Part shown: one piece after another, positions 37,346 to 49,792 of the stretch
Numbering within the stretch: position 1 is the first letter of the stretch
How the letters are laid out: each line of letters starts with the position of its first letter
Assembly: GCA_046563655.1 (NCBI GenBank)
Contig: CM102286.1
Coordinates: 12,276,001 to 12,340,000 of the forward strand
Reading direction: 5' to 3'
Length of the DNA stretch: 64,000 bases
Source: Yuukianura sp. NJ FZ-2021
Taxonomy: Eukaryota
Notes under the pieces: generated by a model
What the model saw: the letters and a program-made list of their open reading frames with translations, nothing else
Database searches by the model: none
What the model was told of the DNA's origin: nothing
Made by a program: the position numbers and the translations under genes

Positions 37346-38715
37346 TTAAGCAGCTTTAGCCTTAGGGGGTGCACGAAATGTTCCAACGACAACAGCGTGA
37401 TCTCGTTCGTAAGGTTCCAGTGTCAACTGCTCTTGTGGCTTCAGTTTGTCTGCCTGTAACTTTCTCACTTCCTCAGCGAAAACGGCCTCTGGCTCTGCCG
37501 TAGAATCAATACAGTTTGCCTGAAAACAAAAAACAATCAATCTGAAGTTGCTCAATTTCAAAACCTTCAATTTCCTTCCTCTGGTTGCTACTTGCATACC
37601 TTGATTGAAATGACAAAATGACCTCCATTCTTGAGGAAGTATTGCGAGTTGAGTGCAACAATACGGGCTTGATCCGGCTGAGCAACATCAGCAAACACGC
37701 AATCCACCATTCCAACCAGCATACGATACTTGTGAGGGTGACGGGCATCCTCAATGATTGGAATGATATTTGTCCTTTTCTTGGCAACGTTGAGAAGGTC
37801 TCTGCCTGATCTGTGCGAGAACTCAACTGCATACACCAAACCTTCCTATGATTTCCAGAATAAAAATAGTCAACGAAACTCATGCCATGTTTAAAAATTT
37901 TGAAAGTCCAGTTTAGCTAATTACCGGTCCCACAATGTCTGAGACATGGGAAACAGTTGTTCCAGAAGCAGCTCCCAAGTATAGGACTTTGGAGCCAGGA
38001 GGCATATGAATCTGGTCCACTCCTCCCAAAATGGCGGCCGCTAACTTCGACCTGAACGGATTCCAGACGCGATACTCAATTTTCGCGCCTTCTTCTCCCT
38101 AAAAAAACAAAAGTGAAACAGATTTTTAATCATATGAAGATGAAAAGAAAGTGCAGTTCATTGCAGAAAATATCTTACGTCGACGGAAATACGTTTCTCG
38201 CCATAAACTGATTCCCCGGGTACCATGTTTCTCGTCACCAGTGCATCTTCCTTTCCTCTTGCAATAAAAACACCAGGGTGTCGATGGGGCTCGAGTACTA
38301 CGGCTTTACCACCTCTCATTCCACCTGTAAGGCAAGAATGTTAATTGTTAATTTACATTTCATGATTGAATATTCTGTCAAAGTTATGGCTATAACATTA
38401 TCCTTACCACCACGACCTCCACGTCCACCTCTTCCACGTGGAGTCCCACCTCCACGTCCCCCGCCACGACCTCCACCTCCTCTCCCACCAAACCCGCCAC
38501 GACCTCCTCCTCGCGGAGTTCCAAAGCCACCGCGACCGCCACCGCTGTTTCTATCTCCAAAGCCTAGAATTTTAAAACATCAAACGATTGATTAGATAGT
38601 TATTAGTTGAATAAATCTCATCAATAATCAGTCCTTATCAATTCGAACAACACGTGTTATACGACAAAAACCCATAAATAACAATGTTGAATGAAAACGT
38701 ACCTGGTCTCCCCAT
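37346..38715 (-). CDS. FBL: rRNA 2'-O-methyltransferase fibrillarin
   Basis: ATG 38715 (MGRP|), RGG-rich GAR domain, [51 protein letters not shown]. Stop 37346. Confidence 0.97.
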
Positions 38716-39273
38716 TATTCCCAAAATGTGTTACGCTTGGAAAAAATTCACGATTTAGATCTCAAAGTACTCCTCATACATCAATGAACCAGTAAGTGGG
38801 ATATCCGAAACTCAACAGTAGTCAATTAGCGTTTATCCAGTAAATTTTACAGTAGCGTCGCGTCAGTAAATCTTCGTTGTCGAACTCTTCAGTGACCAAA
38901 ACAAATTTAAAAAAATGACTGGGAACAAGCAGCGGCACGGCGCACGTTGAAGTAATTCGAGAAGCGCCTGCAGCAGTCACATGCGTTGCTTTGAATTTTG
39001 AATTTGTTTCCGCTGTTGACATTTTCAAATTTGGCGCTTAGAATTTACTTGGTTCATTTTTTCAAGGGATGAGAAATTAGCGTCTAAAGGGCATGAAAAA
39101 TTAAGTAAAAACATCACGTCTTGTTTACTAGCGGTGTAGCATTTAGCGTTTGTTGAGTCTAAACGATGTATTAGTCTGGCTAATTAACTATGAGCAATTC
39201 TTAATTATTTAGTTAAAGGCTTTTTATTGAGAATTTTTTCTCAGACATGTATGAAAGATTTGAACATGATTAC

Positions 39274-39827
39274 TGAATTTTCGGTTGAAGTAAACTTTGG
39301 TCCGCCGCCTGTCCCCACCCGTTCAAATTTTTCGCGCTGCTTAGATTGTACCCACCCATTGTCCCCACTGAATGGAAACATTTGTACCCCCCATAACCAG
39401 AAGCAGTACATCCACCTAGCGGCAATACAGTAACCTCTGAATTCAAGCTGGCAACGTTTTTCCCTTTTTGATTTGGTAAATCGTGTTATATTTTCCCGCG
39501 CCGAAGGCGCGGCGTTAGGTTTGGTTAAGCACGCAATACTGATTACGTCTGTAGGTTTAACTTATTGAGTTTCGCTATGTTGATTACATCTGCCCTGGGT
39601 GGGTACAATGGAGCAATGCTACAACGTTGCCAGCTCGAATTCGCTAGTTCCACTTCAGCCAGTAGGGGGACTCGGTGTACGACTGGTGGGTACACATTTG
39701 TCCCCACCAAGTGGGGACATTTGTCTCCACCCGGTGGGTACAATAGGTGGGTACAATGGAAGCAGCGCGAAAATTTGAACGGGTGGGGACAGGCGGCGGA
39801 CCAAAGTTTACTTCGACCGAATTTTCA
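39274..39827. mobile_element. Long-TIR foldback element between the divergent FBL and ATP synthase gamma genes
   Basis: ~90-bp near-perfect inverted arms (taaactttggtccgccgcctgtccccacccgttcaaatttt...), repeated subterminal gggtacaat/ttgtaccc motifs, internal hairpin cgcgccgaaggcgcg (39497-39511). Confidence 0.8.
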
Positions 39828-40198
39828 TATCGAGCTCTGTGGATATAGGGTCAGGGTGTCTCCCGGCGCGGCAACTTTGAGTTTTATTTCATCCTCTTAA
39901 TTTTTGATTCTAAAATCAGCGGAAGAACATCTAATCAGCAGCTCCCGTTCCCGTTACATGTAAGTTAGGCTGTCCCGTCGGTCGTATCTCGTCGTCATCA
40001 CTTCGGTTGTTCGGTATATCTTGCCAGTGTTCTTGGACTGTTCGTGGAGTAAAGGTTTCGCACTTACAAACGAAGGTAAGTTGACCCCACTCCGAATTTC
40101 AAATATGGATTTGCAATTGATTAGATATTGCGTTGGGTTTGGGTAATTATATTTACCATAACTTGATAAAGTTTTTGATAACTCACAGAATTGTCAAG

Positions 40199-41232
40199 AT
40201 GTTGGGCCAGTCTAGTCGGATTGTCGTGATCGTATCACCATGGAACCAACAGTCTCGTGGAATGGCCACACTGAAGTCAATCTCTCTCCGATTGAAGTCA
40301 GTCAAGAACATTCAAAAGATCACACAATCCATGAAGATGGTGTCGGCTGCCAAGTACGCCAGGGCGGAACGAGAACTGAAGCTGGCCAGGCCATTTGGAG
40401 AGGGAGCTAAAGCGTTCTACGAAAAGGCAGAGGTTGCAGCGCCGGAAGACCCTAAGGCACCCAAATTGACTGTTGCAATGACATCGGATCGTGGTCTTTG
40501 TGGAGCTGTTCATTCTTCTGTTGGAAAAGTGATTCGAGTAAGTTTAGCATTCATTTCACCATACTTTTCTAACACTTCCTTTGGGTTAACCTTGTGTTTC
40601 ATGTTTATAGAACGATTTGCAAAACGCTGCCGACTCAACCAAAATAGTTTGCGTGGGGGACAAATCACGGTCCATCTTACAACGTGTCTTCAGCCAGAAC
40701 ATCATTCTTGCTGCGAAAGAAATTGGACGAAAGGTTCCATCATTTCAGGTTTGTTTTTTTGCTAACTAAACAGCAACAACTGTTCATAAATGAAAACTAA
40801 ATTGCTCACGTTTGTATCAACATTTACTTAGGATGCTTCGAAAACAGCCCAAGCCATCCTAGATTCAGGATACCAATTTGAAGGAGGGAAGATCGTCTAC
40901 AATCGTTTTCGATCCGTCGTCTCTTACGCTACTACGGAAATTCCCATCTTCAGCATAAACGCGATCAACGCTGCTCCGAAGCTGACGGTCTACGATTCGT
41001 TGGATGCTGACGTCATTCAAAGCTACACGGAGTACTCCTGGCTTCGTTGATTTACTACACAATGAAGGAGAACGCATGTTCAGAACAGTCATCTCGCATG
41101 ACAGCTATGGACAATGCTAGCAAGAACGCTGGAGAAATGATTGGCAAATTGTCCTTGACATTCAACAGAACTCGCCAAGCTGTCATCACCCGGGAGTTGA
41201 TTGAAATCATCTCTGGAGCTTCGGCATTGTAA
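40199..41232 (+). CDS. ATP5F1C: ATP synthase F1 subunit gamma, mitochondrial (apparent 1-nt deletion near 41037)
   Basis: [75 protein letters not shown]. Three coding exons. Confidence 0.95.
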
Positions 41233-41804
41233 TCTTGATCCCCCAGCGCTAATACTGCCAATTTAACCAAAGTAAAAGTTGTACAACTTCGTAGTTAATT
41301 TTAGCATGGCCACCATCAGCAAGTATTTGAATCAATTCGTCATTGCTAGAAAACCTAATAAACTTTTCCGAAAAATTATCGTTTATTATTTTAGTACCAA
41401 AAGTCACTCTATGCATCTGCCTTGTCTGTCCATCCGCCAGTGACAGTTATCTAAGCGGTTCCATGCCATTGTTTTAAATGAATTTGTTCTAACGGAAAAG
41501 TTTCTAAACAAACTTCTAAAAAAAACCTATCCTTTAACACATTAGAAACAAAGTTTTTAGAAGCAATTCATTTTAGAACTTACGGCGTGCTCCACACCAA
41601 CCTAAAAAGCTAAGGCCCAACATTTCCGAGATTCGTTTACGCTTTTGAATACCGGGTTCTCCATGCCGCATGTCGGTTTATTATCTTTCGCTACTTTCCA
41701 ACATTCCGGTTTTATTTAACTTCAGTTACGGAGGACGCAGCATGAGCATGATCACATTGAAATGAAAGGTTAAATTGGATACTGTATAAGATAGAAATTA
41801 AAAT

Positions 41805-43601
41805 TCAATAGTTTTCTGTTTTTATATCATTCAATCCGAGCTCTTCATTCTGCTCAAAACTGCGTTCATAGCGGTCAATTTTCAGTTGAGGATCATCATC
41901 AGGCGCTTGGATATTTTGAACGTAGCTGTTCCCCGCAGGATCGTCAAAAATAACCGTAAAAGGTTCTTCCAGTGCAAGGCACTTCTCAAATCTTGCTTCA
42001 AAGGCTTCCACCTTAGCCTGCATTTCGGGCTCACTGTCCCCACAGAACTTGGAATGTGAATCCAGAATTTGATCCTTGATGTCCTTGAGGATACCTGAAT
42101 TCAATTAACTCAGGATTAGTTAAGTGTTAATTAATCTTAAGCGCTGGTTATTTAGCTAACCAGTAGTTCATAAGTTCGAAGAACTTACCTTCCAGAGTTG
42201 TGAATTTTCCACCGAGCGTTCCTGCTCCAACGTGTAGTTCCAAATTTGGTATTTCAATGGAGCAGGTCTGACTCTGGAAAGATGGAAACTGTGATTAATC
42301 TAAGCAATTAATTAGTTTTGGAGGGGTAAATGAAGTGGGGACTGTATTATAAAACTTACTTTTAATATGTCTCTGGAAAAGTCATCAACGTTGTTAACAT
42401 TTAGAGTCATCTTATGCCCCTTCCCTTCAATTCCACCACCGCTTTTAACTTCGTTAGTTCTGTGGCCACAGTCGTCACAATCAGTGGCCATGATAATTAC
42501 TTCTTTGAAGTAAGGCACCTTCACCATCTTCATTTTGGTGTGACAGTGATGTCCGCAATTTGAACAGTTGGTTGGAAATAACAAAACTTCATCTGCCAAA
42601 TTTTCAACTTCGTTCCCTGTGTCAGTATCTACTGCTGCTGGAGCTTCAGTGTCAGGTTTCGTTTCGAGTTCTGGATAAATTCCTACTTGATGGTCTTCTT
42701 CTAATGTTCGTACGAAGTGACAAACTTTGACTGCAGTGTCGTCTTGTCCTGGAAGGTAGGTTGATGATGGGCAGATGAAACTTGCACCACTGACATCCTT
42801 CAAAATCTATAACACAATGGAAAGATTTCATAACTGTTGTTAATGAAAACAGATAGCAAAGTATACAGATTCCTTACAATTGTGAAATTAGGATTCACTC
42901 CTAAATAATCTTCCAGCTTGGTGATAAACGTTTGGATTTTCTTATATTCCTCAGGATAATCCTTTTGTCGTGCGGGTTGATCTTGCAGTAATCCATCTCT
43001 TGTCCTTTGTAGTATACCTTCTACAGTGGTAATTTCTCCTTTCTGGGAAGAACTGGGTATCTCGAGCTCTAGTTGTGGAATTTTCACGGAAGCCAAATCG
43101 GACTTGATGACTTTTCGGTTGAGGTCATCAGCATTCTTCACACAAAGGGTAATCTCAACTCCCTTTTCTTCTATGTGTCCAGCAGATTGAATTTCGTTGT
43201 TAGAAAACGAACAGTGGGGACAGGAAAACGATGACAGGATGACCTCTTTGTAGAACGGTATAATCGTCATGAGAAGTTTTGTAACACCCTACAAAAGTAA
43301 AAACAACTTTAGAATACGGCGATCCGATAATAATTAATGGATTAGATTACTAAATTAAGGAGACTTAAAATCAATTTTCACGTACGTTCTCCCCGCAATT
43401 AACGCATAAACTTTCCACTTCAAGGGCTTCGTCTACGCTGGCAATTCCGTCAATTGGTTTGAACATTCCATCGTCATTGATCTTCTTGCTGCTGTCATCA
43501 CTTGCCTCTTTTCCCTGGTTTTCTAATTGAGGTTTGTCAGTTTCCGTCGCTATTCCACTATTGGCTATTCCGTCGCCAACAATGTTTGAATCGGAGTCCA
43601 T
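41805..43601 (-). CDS. ZPR1: Zinc finger protein ZPR1
   Basis: Two C4 fingers (ESLCVNC...[25 protein letters not shown]...[17 protein letters not shown]), [32 protein letters not shown]. Confidence 0.96.
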
Positions 43602-43945
43602 CGTTGAAGTTGCTTCAATCCAATTAAGTAATTGTCGCACAAACGCACGTGCTTCCTATTTACAGAGTTGAGCAGACACCGAATGAAAAAGAACTTGGAG
43701 CGAGAAAGAGTAGGTTCAACAGATGATGCAAAAAAGTGATTCCTCGGTCTTTTGTTTGGCAGAGTGTGTATAATGCGTTGTCTGAAACATTTTAATAACA
43801 AAAATAAGTTTATTGTTAATGCAATGAAATATGTATAACTAAGGTAAAGTAAAACAATAATGTTAACGCCCTTAAAACGTGTTCAATGCTCAATGGTTCT
43901 GGAAGGATTCTCACTAACCAATTCAACAGGCAAACTTGTCCGATT

Positions 43946-46900
43946 TCAGGAAAAGATATAAAGTTTAGCCAATGTTCTCATGAACTGCGATTTCCTTAGA
44001 TGCATAGCTTCTCTCTGAATTTCTTCATTGTTACTCGAATTCAATTCCATTAGTCCCATAATCTTCATCTGAAATAGAATTTAAACAACTTTCATTCAAT
44101 GCTCAATCCTCAGTTAACTTCTAAAAGTTTATACTTTTTAACTCTTACAGCATGTTGGCGCTTGTTAAATTCACTTCGTTTTGTGTGCAGATTTATCAGA
44201 AATTCCAAAATAGTAAGATCCCAAATGAAGCCATACAAAGAATCTCCAGCATCCGTTGTCACTTTCTCTTGGGCCATTCCAAACGCCGTCGAGTAATCTA
44301 CCTCCGTCAGGAATTGGCAGAGTACCAAAGCCTAAAAATTCACAACAAAATATTATCAAAAGTCAATAATATTTCCCGTTGGCATCTTTTGTAAGTCAAG
44401 TTTTGTAAAACGAGTCGTACTTGTGTAAAGGCTTGCATGATTTCTGAACATTTGATCATCCGTCGAAACAGATTGTTGTCTGCCCAGTGACTGACGCTGT
44501 GCTTCTCAAAGAAGTCCGTCGACAACGCCAAGTATTCCAGGTAACACTTCATCGCCAATGCAGGATTTCCAGAAGCCAGTTGCACATCACCTTGACACTT
44601 GAGCCAATTGACCTCGGTTGCGACCGATTTTCTTAAAAGCTGCAAATCAAAAAGTCATTTTATTTTCGCCAACTTAACATAAAATGTAGTAGTAGTAGTT
44701 GCTAAGAATTTACGGAATTTAGAACATCGCGTATTTGCTTTGCATTCAACTTGGAAGCTCCGGAAACTCGAGACTTGGAATCCGTATTAGTAGTAATACT
44801 GAAAAAGAAAAAAAAACATTATGATTGTCATCGTAAGAACTTGAAATGGTAAATGCTTTTACTCGTCCAGAATGTTTGGCCAAATGTGCAAGCATTCCGT
44901 TGAAATTTGCAGCCCCATGTCGTCCGTGTAGTGATTGTGGAGACGAGCAAAAAGAGAAATGAACAACTGAAGAAGCCAGTGGCTACGAGATCTGTCCAAA
45001 ACCCATTGCAGAAGTGACCGATTTGGTAGCAGGCCGGTCTTCAGTGGTTGTCGTCTGACTGAATTGGTGTTGGAAAAATGCGGCAAAACTATAGACAAAC
45101 AAAATTATCACTAAAACTCCTAAAAGTACTAGATTTTCAATACTAAAAAATAACACAAGAATTTTGCAGAAGTTACCTGCGTGCCAGAGTTCTCGGTAGC
45201 TTGCAGCGGAGTCCTTGAGTTCAATCAGATCAGTACAGGCCTTGCCTACTAAAGAAAGAAATTCCAGAAACGGCCACTTTTGTTGAAACTGTTCCAGATT
45301 TGAAACATGTATGAATTCTCCAATGTTTAGTAACGCCATGAGAATGTTCTCGATTATTTCTGCTCTGGGATTTATATCTGTCGTTTGATGCTTGAAGCAC
45401 AGGAGACACTCTTTACAACGACTCAAAAGGTGCTTGGTTTGCTTCGGCCAATCTTCAAAAAACTGGCAAATATCCACCAACAGAACTTCCCATTCCAAAA
45501 TCTTCCCAAGTTTTGTCATGCTGTAGGTGTAGGGAGCCAGTGCTGGAGCGATCGACTGGAGATGAAGACTGAGTTCCGTTTGTGCAACTTGCAAACAGTT
45601 TCTTGCTTCGGCGAACAGCTGTATGAGTCAGATCCAAACAAGCAAATATTTAGCAACGGTTCAAAAAAAATAGATCAATACTTCGAAGATCGAATATTTT
45701 TTTTATTTTTGTGCTAACCTTGATATTCAGTAGTTGCTGCGATTTGGCGATCAGGATGTGTACATAATCTTGAAAAGCGCCTGGCATTATATTAGAAATT
45801 CCATTTTGTAGAGGAATAGCAATTTCCCACCTTGAGAACAGTTTGGCAAACGATCTGCTTCCACCTGATGATGCGTGCAGCTTGATTAGAATGTCCTTGA
45901 TCTGATTCATATCGGTAGCTTCCAGTAGTCGCTTCTCCATGTCGAAGTTTGTTCCTTCTGGAGTCACTACTTTTGAAAACACAAGGTTAAGTTCAAACAA
46001 CTCAGCAAAGTAACTTTGTCTTACGTTCTTCGACGTCCATTAAAGCTGGATCCAACGCTCCACATGAGTCATCCACAACGTAGTCTAGTTTCATAAACGG
46101 CCGTAACTTCTCAGTGTTGCATCTTCTCACTACTTTTGCAATTTTGACATTTCTTGATTCCAGTGGCTCACTTTCTTCAATCTGTTTTTCAGACGGTAGA
46201 AGACCGAGACCACGCAAATATCCATTTAACTTCTCTCGAGTTACTTTAAGATAAGGGGAGTAGTTTGCGTCGACTCCATGTTGCTCAAAATGCCTTTTCG
46301 CATTTTGAAGTTGGTTTTTGTAGAAAAAGTAGATTCCAATGTCAAAGTGTATCATGGAGTTGTGGGCTTCCCGAGATATTTGGTCGCAATGAGACAGGTC
46401 AACTTTATCCTTGACAAAAGACTCGAGTGTTGGAACAAGAATCGTGGTTTGATCATCCTCCTCTGCTGCCAGCAACAGCCCGGTTAATTGCAGTAAGCTA
46501 TTTTCTGGCAATAGAGATCTTAGGATAGCGTCGGCGGCAGGATCTTCTTGTCTAGTAGAGTATAACGAAATGTTGTTAAAGTTAGGAAACTTTTGAAATG
46601 AGAATGCTTACTTACATGTTGTTCCTCTTGAGGACAGTTTGGCTACTACGTAAAACCCAACGATGGTAAACAGCCTTGAGAAACAGACATTCACCTCCGA
46701 ACTCCGTTGCGAATTCCATCAGAGAGTACTGAGCACTCATTGGGAGGCTAAAACAAAAACCATATAATTTTACCTCAAAATTTTCTAAATCTTAAAGTGT
46801 TCTCACTTTGCAAGCAAATCCAAATCCCACGAAAGAAATGCTGCTGTCCTCAGGGCAAGCTTCTTTAGCACGCGACCTTTCTTGGCTCGACTGATTTTCT

Positions 46901-47150
46901 CCAACATATCTTCATCATCTGCACTATCCTTCCACTTGACAGCATTTTGAATGAATTGTGTCAATAATGTTATTGCATTGGGATCTGAAAAAAAAAACAC
47001 AAAATGTAATTTTCATCATTCATAATATACTTTGGATAGTAAACTCACGTACAGGTACAACAGAAGCTTACCAGGAGATTCCTTTTGAAGATGAGCTAAC
47101 AGTAGGTCCTTATTCAACAAAAACTCAAACCAAAAAACAGATGAACCCAT
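43946..47150 (-). CDS. INTS8: Integrator complex subunit 8
   Basis: N-terminal WFEFLL, LALRTAAFLSWDL. C-terminal LCQFLTEVDYSTAF, DAGDSLYGFIWDLTILEFL, ELNSSNNEEIQREA...KSQFMRTLAKLY. Start codon is a best guess. Confidence 0.88.
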
Positions 47151-47954
47151 ATTGATGAGCAATTTGGCGTCTACAAGTAAGTAAAAAGGTTGTTCAGTTG
47201 TTTGGACTCTGTCATAAAACATCGACTTAAATTAGACTTATGCATGGCGTTGTGCGTGCGTCTGTCCTCACCTTCACCAAGTCCAATTCAAATACACTCT
47301 GTACATACAGTTTGCAGTACTAAATACCAGTTAACCCAACTTCTTAGTACATCCGGATTCCGGGTAGGATAACCTTTAATACACAAATGCAGGATTCAAT
47401 CAATAATTGATTAGTTGAGTAAACTGAATCAAAATTGTTAATTGATCAGAACCTGTGCCTGGGATTAGCGGTGGTGGCTGTTCTTTTAATTAGTCCTTAA
47501 GATTTGTGGTGAATTAAATTAAAACTTGACGTTGGCCGATCGTTAATTCGTAAACATTTTAGACAAAAAAGTAAACAAAAAATTCAAAAGTCTAATTAGA
47601 AAATATAAGTTTCGCGCCATAATCAAAAGAAGGAAGGACAGCGTCGGGGTCAAGTGGGATTTCCAGGCTGATTTTGAAGGATTGGGCGGGCGGTGTAAGA
47701 AGTTTTTGCTGACCATTTGTTGTCTGTAGTCTGTTCTTGTGACAGAACTTCTGTCGCTGCCAATTTAGCCTCCATGTTTTGGTGTCTTTGACACAGCGCA
47801 TGAGCAGTCCTCGTTCCACGTTTTTGTTGTAGTAATCAGCAGGATTGTAAAGGTACAAAATAATAATTAGTATCCAATAATAATTATTGTTGTTTAATGT
47901 GATTTTAGAATTAAAAGCACAACCACATTTTCGTCACCACTGGAACAATTAAAT

Positions 47955-49309
47955 ATGAAGTTCCGGGGGAAAATGTTCGACTACGTTTCCATCAAAAATT
48001 TCGCACGTAAGGTGGAAACTAATCTATTTAATAAATTTAATGAAATCTTTGACACTTTTTTTTGTTTTCCTTTTAGTCCTACTCCAATCTTTGTCGAAAG
48101 TTGCAAAACAAATGGTTTTTCGAGTTACTCCTGCGAATATTATGTTCATACTACGGGAAAGGGAGGTCAAGGCTAACGGAGTAACGTCCTGGTGCGAATT
48201 TCCTGCCGATAAGTTGTTCAATGATTACATTATGGAAGGCCATTCCGCTGAACAAAATGAAATTTTCATGGAGATCTCGTTGGGTATAGCGAAGTTATAC
48301 ACGAATTTCAATATGTAAACTGTCCGATCATACTTATTTTGATTTTGTAGAGTACTTTGCTTCTGTTATGAGCAGCCTGAGATCGTCACATAACGCCAAA
48401 GCACTGAGACTGAAGCTCACAAGAAAATGTGTACCTTGCTTAACCATCGAAATAGACTCGGTAGCATCCAGTAAAACACATCACTGTGACATCAAGCAAT
48501 TTGATTGATTCGAATGTTTGTGTTGTAGCAAATGGCGCACTCCGTTAGTACCTGTATTCACGACATACCCATAACTATTGTTCCACCAAGATGTTGGAAC
48601 GAATACCAGTTACCGCGAATGCCAACTTTCAACGTAAGCACATTTATTTTCTCGCAAAAAGTTTACTCGATTCCTATTATGTTCAATGCAGCCGTGCCGT
48701 GGCCTCTTCCTTTTTCAGATAAGTGTGGCGTTGCCAGACGTGAAGGCAGTGCGGCAAACGATTGAAAGGTTGAAGAATCACTCAACCAGGCTGACAATTA
48801 CTGCCAAGCCAGAAACTTTTGGCAAAGTCATTCTTTCTGTGGAGTCATTATCTGTGAAATCAACTGTGACATATTCGGGGCTAAAAATTTACGAAATTGG
48901 TACTATGACGAACCGGAATTAAAATATTGCCTCTCCAGAGATAATTAAATTGATGATTACGTTTGGCTTCTTGCAGATGGCAAATCACCCGGAACTATTG
49001 ACCTGCTGACTGAGGATGATACTAGCCAAGATGGGCCACGTTCGTTCACAGTAGACGTGGAAATGAAAAACGTGATCCAAATTCTACCCACGGAGAGCCT
49101 GAAAGCTGCAAGTACTATTTGCAGTAAGTATTTTTTTATAGTTCCCACACCAGATAATCTTGAGGCATTTGACCGATTGCGCATTTACATAATTTTTTTC
49201 GATATGGTTGTCTGTAGGTATTCTGGATGGTCAACTAGTCCACTTTTTCTATATTTTTGGAGATGCTACGCTTCATTTCTGTATTCCAGCGATCAGCCTC
49301 AACGACTAA
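47955..49309 (+). CDS. HUS1: Checkpoint clamp (9-1-1) subunit HUS1
   Basis: MKFRGKM, WCEFPADKLFNDYIMEG...NEIFME, KALRLKLTRKCVPCLTIEI, IHDIPITIVP. Last exon ends LHFCIPAISLND* at 49309. Confidence 0.9.
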
Positions 49310-49792
49310 TTAGAGTATGAATGCCGAAACGTATTTCATCTTTATACAATTTAGATTTGTTGCAGAAATGAGAAATTCGTCTTTTCTGCGGGCGTCATGT
49401 TTTTTACCCGGGGATGCTTCTGGATATCCGACAATTCAGAGGAACAGTGCACCCCGTATTAGGTTATCCCAAGAGATCCTTGGTCAAGACGATCACAACC
49501 TTTTGTGCTGGGCATTTTTATCAGCGCGAATGCTCTGTCGTTCGTTAATTAGAAATTGAAATAAAATTGCATAATTCTGACAATAATTAGATAGACCTTC
49601 AAAAATTAAGTAGTTAAGGATTAAGCATTCCCATTTACAGTAAAATTTCAAAAAAGTGTCGCTTTACCTTCAAAGTCAGGTAACTCGCGTTTTCCCCCAC
49701 AGAACAGCTGATGTGATATCGAAAATCGAAGTAACACCGGTTCTTGATGTGGCTGCTGGCTTTACAATTTACACAGAACCGGTATTAAGAGG

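Noticed and set aside
38278..38595. Pro/Arg-rich ORF on the plus strand
   Set aside because: Antisense shadow of the fibrillarin RGG (GAR) domain.
37515..38702. Intronic snoRNAs in fibrillarin (eIF5 introns also inspected)
   Set aside because: No correctly ordered C (RUGAUGA) and D (CUGA) boxes with a terminal stem, and no convincing H/ACA layout by eye. A covariance-model search would be needed to exclude them.
39515..39530. TTAGG telomere-like motif
   Set aside because: Only one or two degenerate units inside a repeat element; not an array.
49370..49545. GC-richer segment after HUS1 as a possible ncRNA or small ORF
   Set aside because: No recognisable snRNA, snoRNA or SECIS motifs; most simply a HUS1 3' UTR exon.
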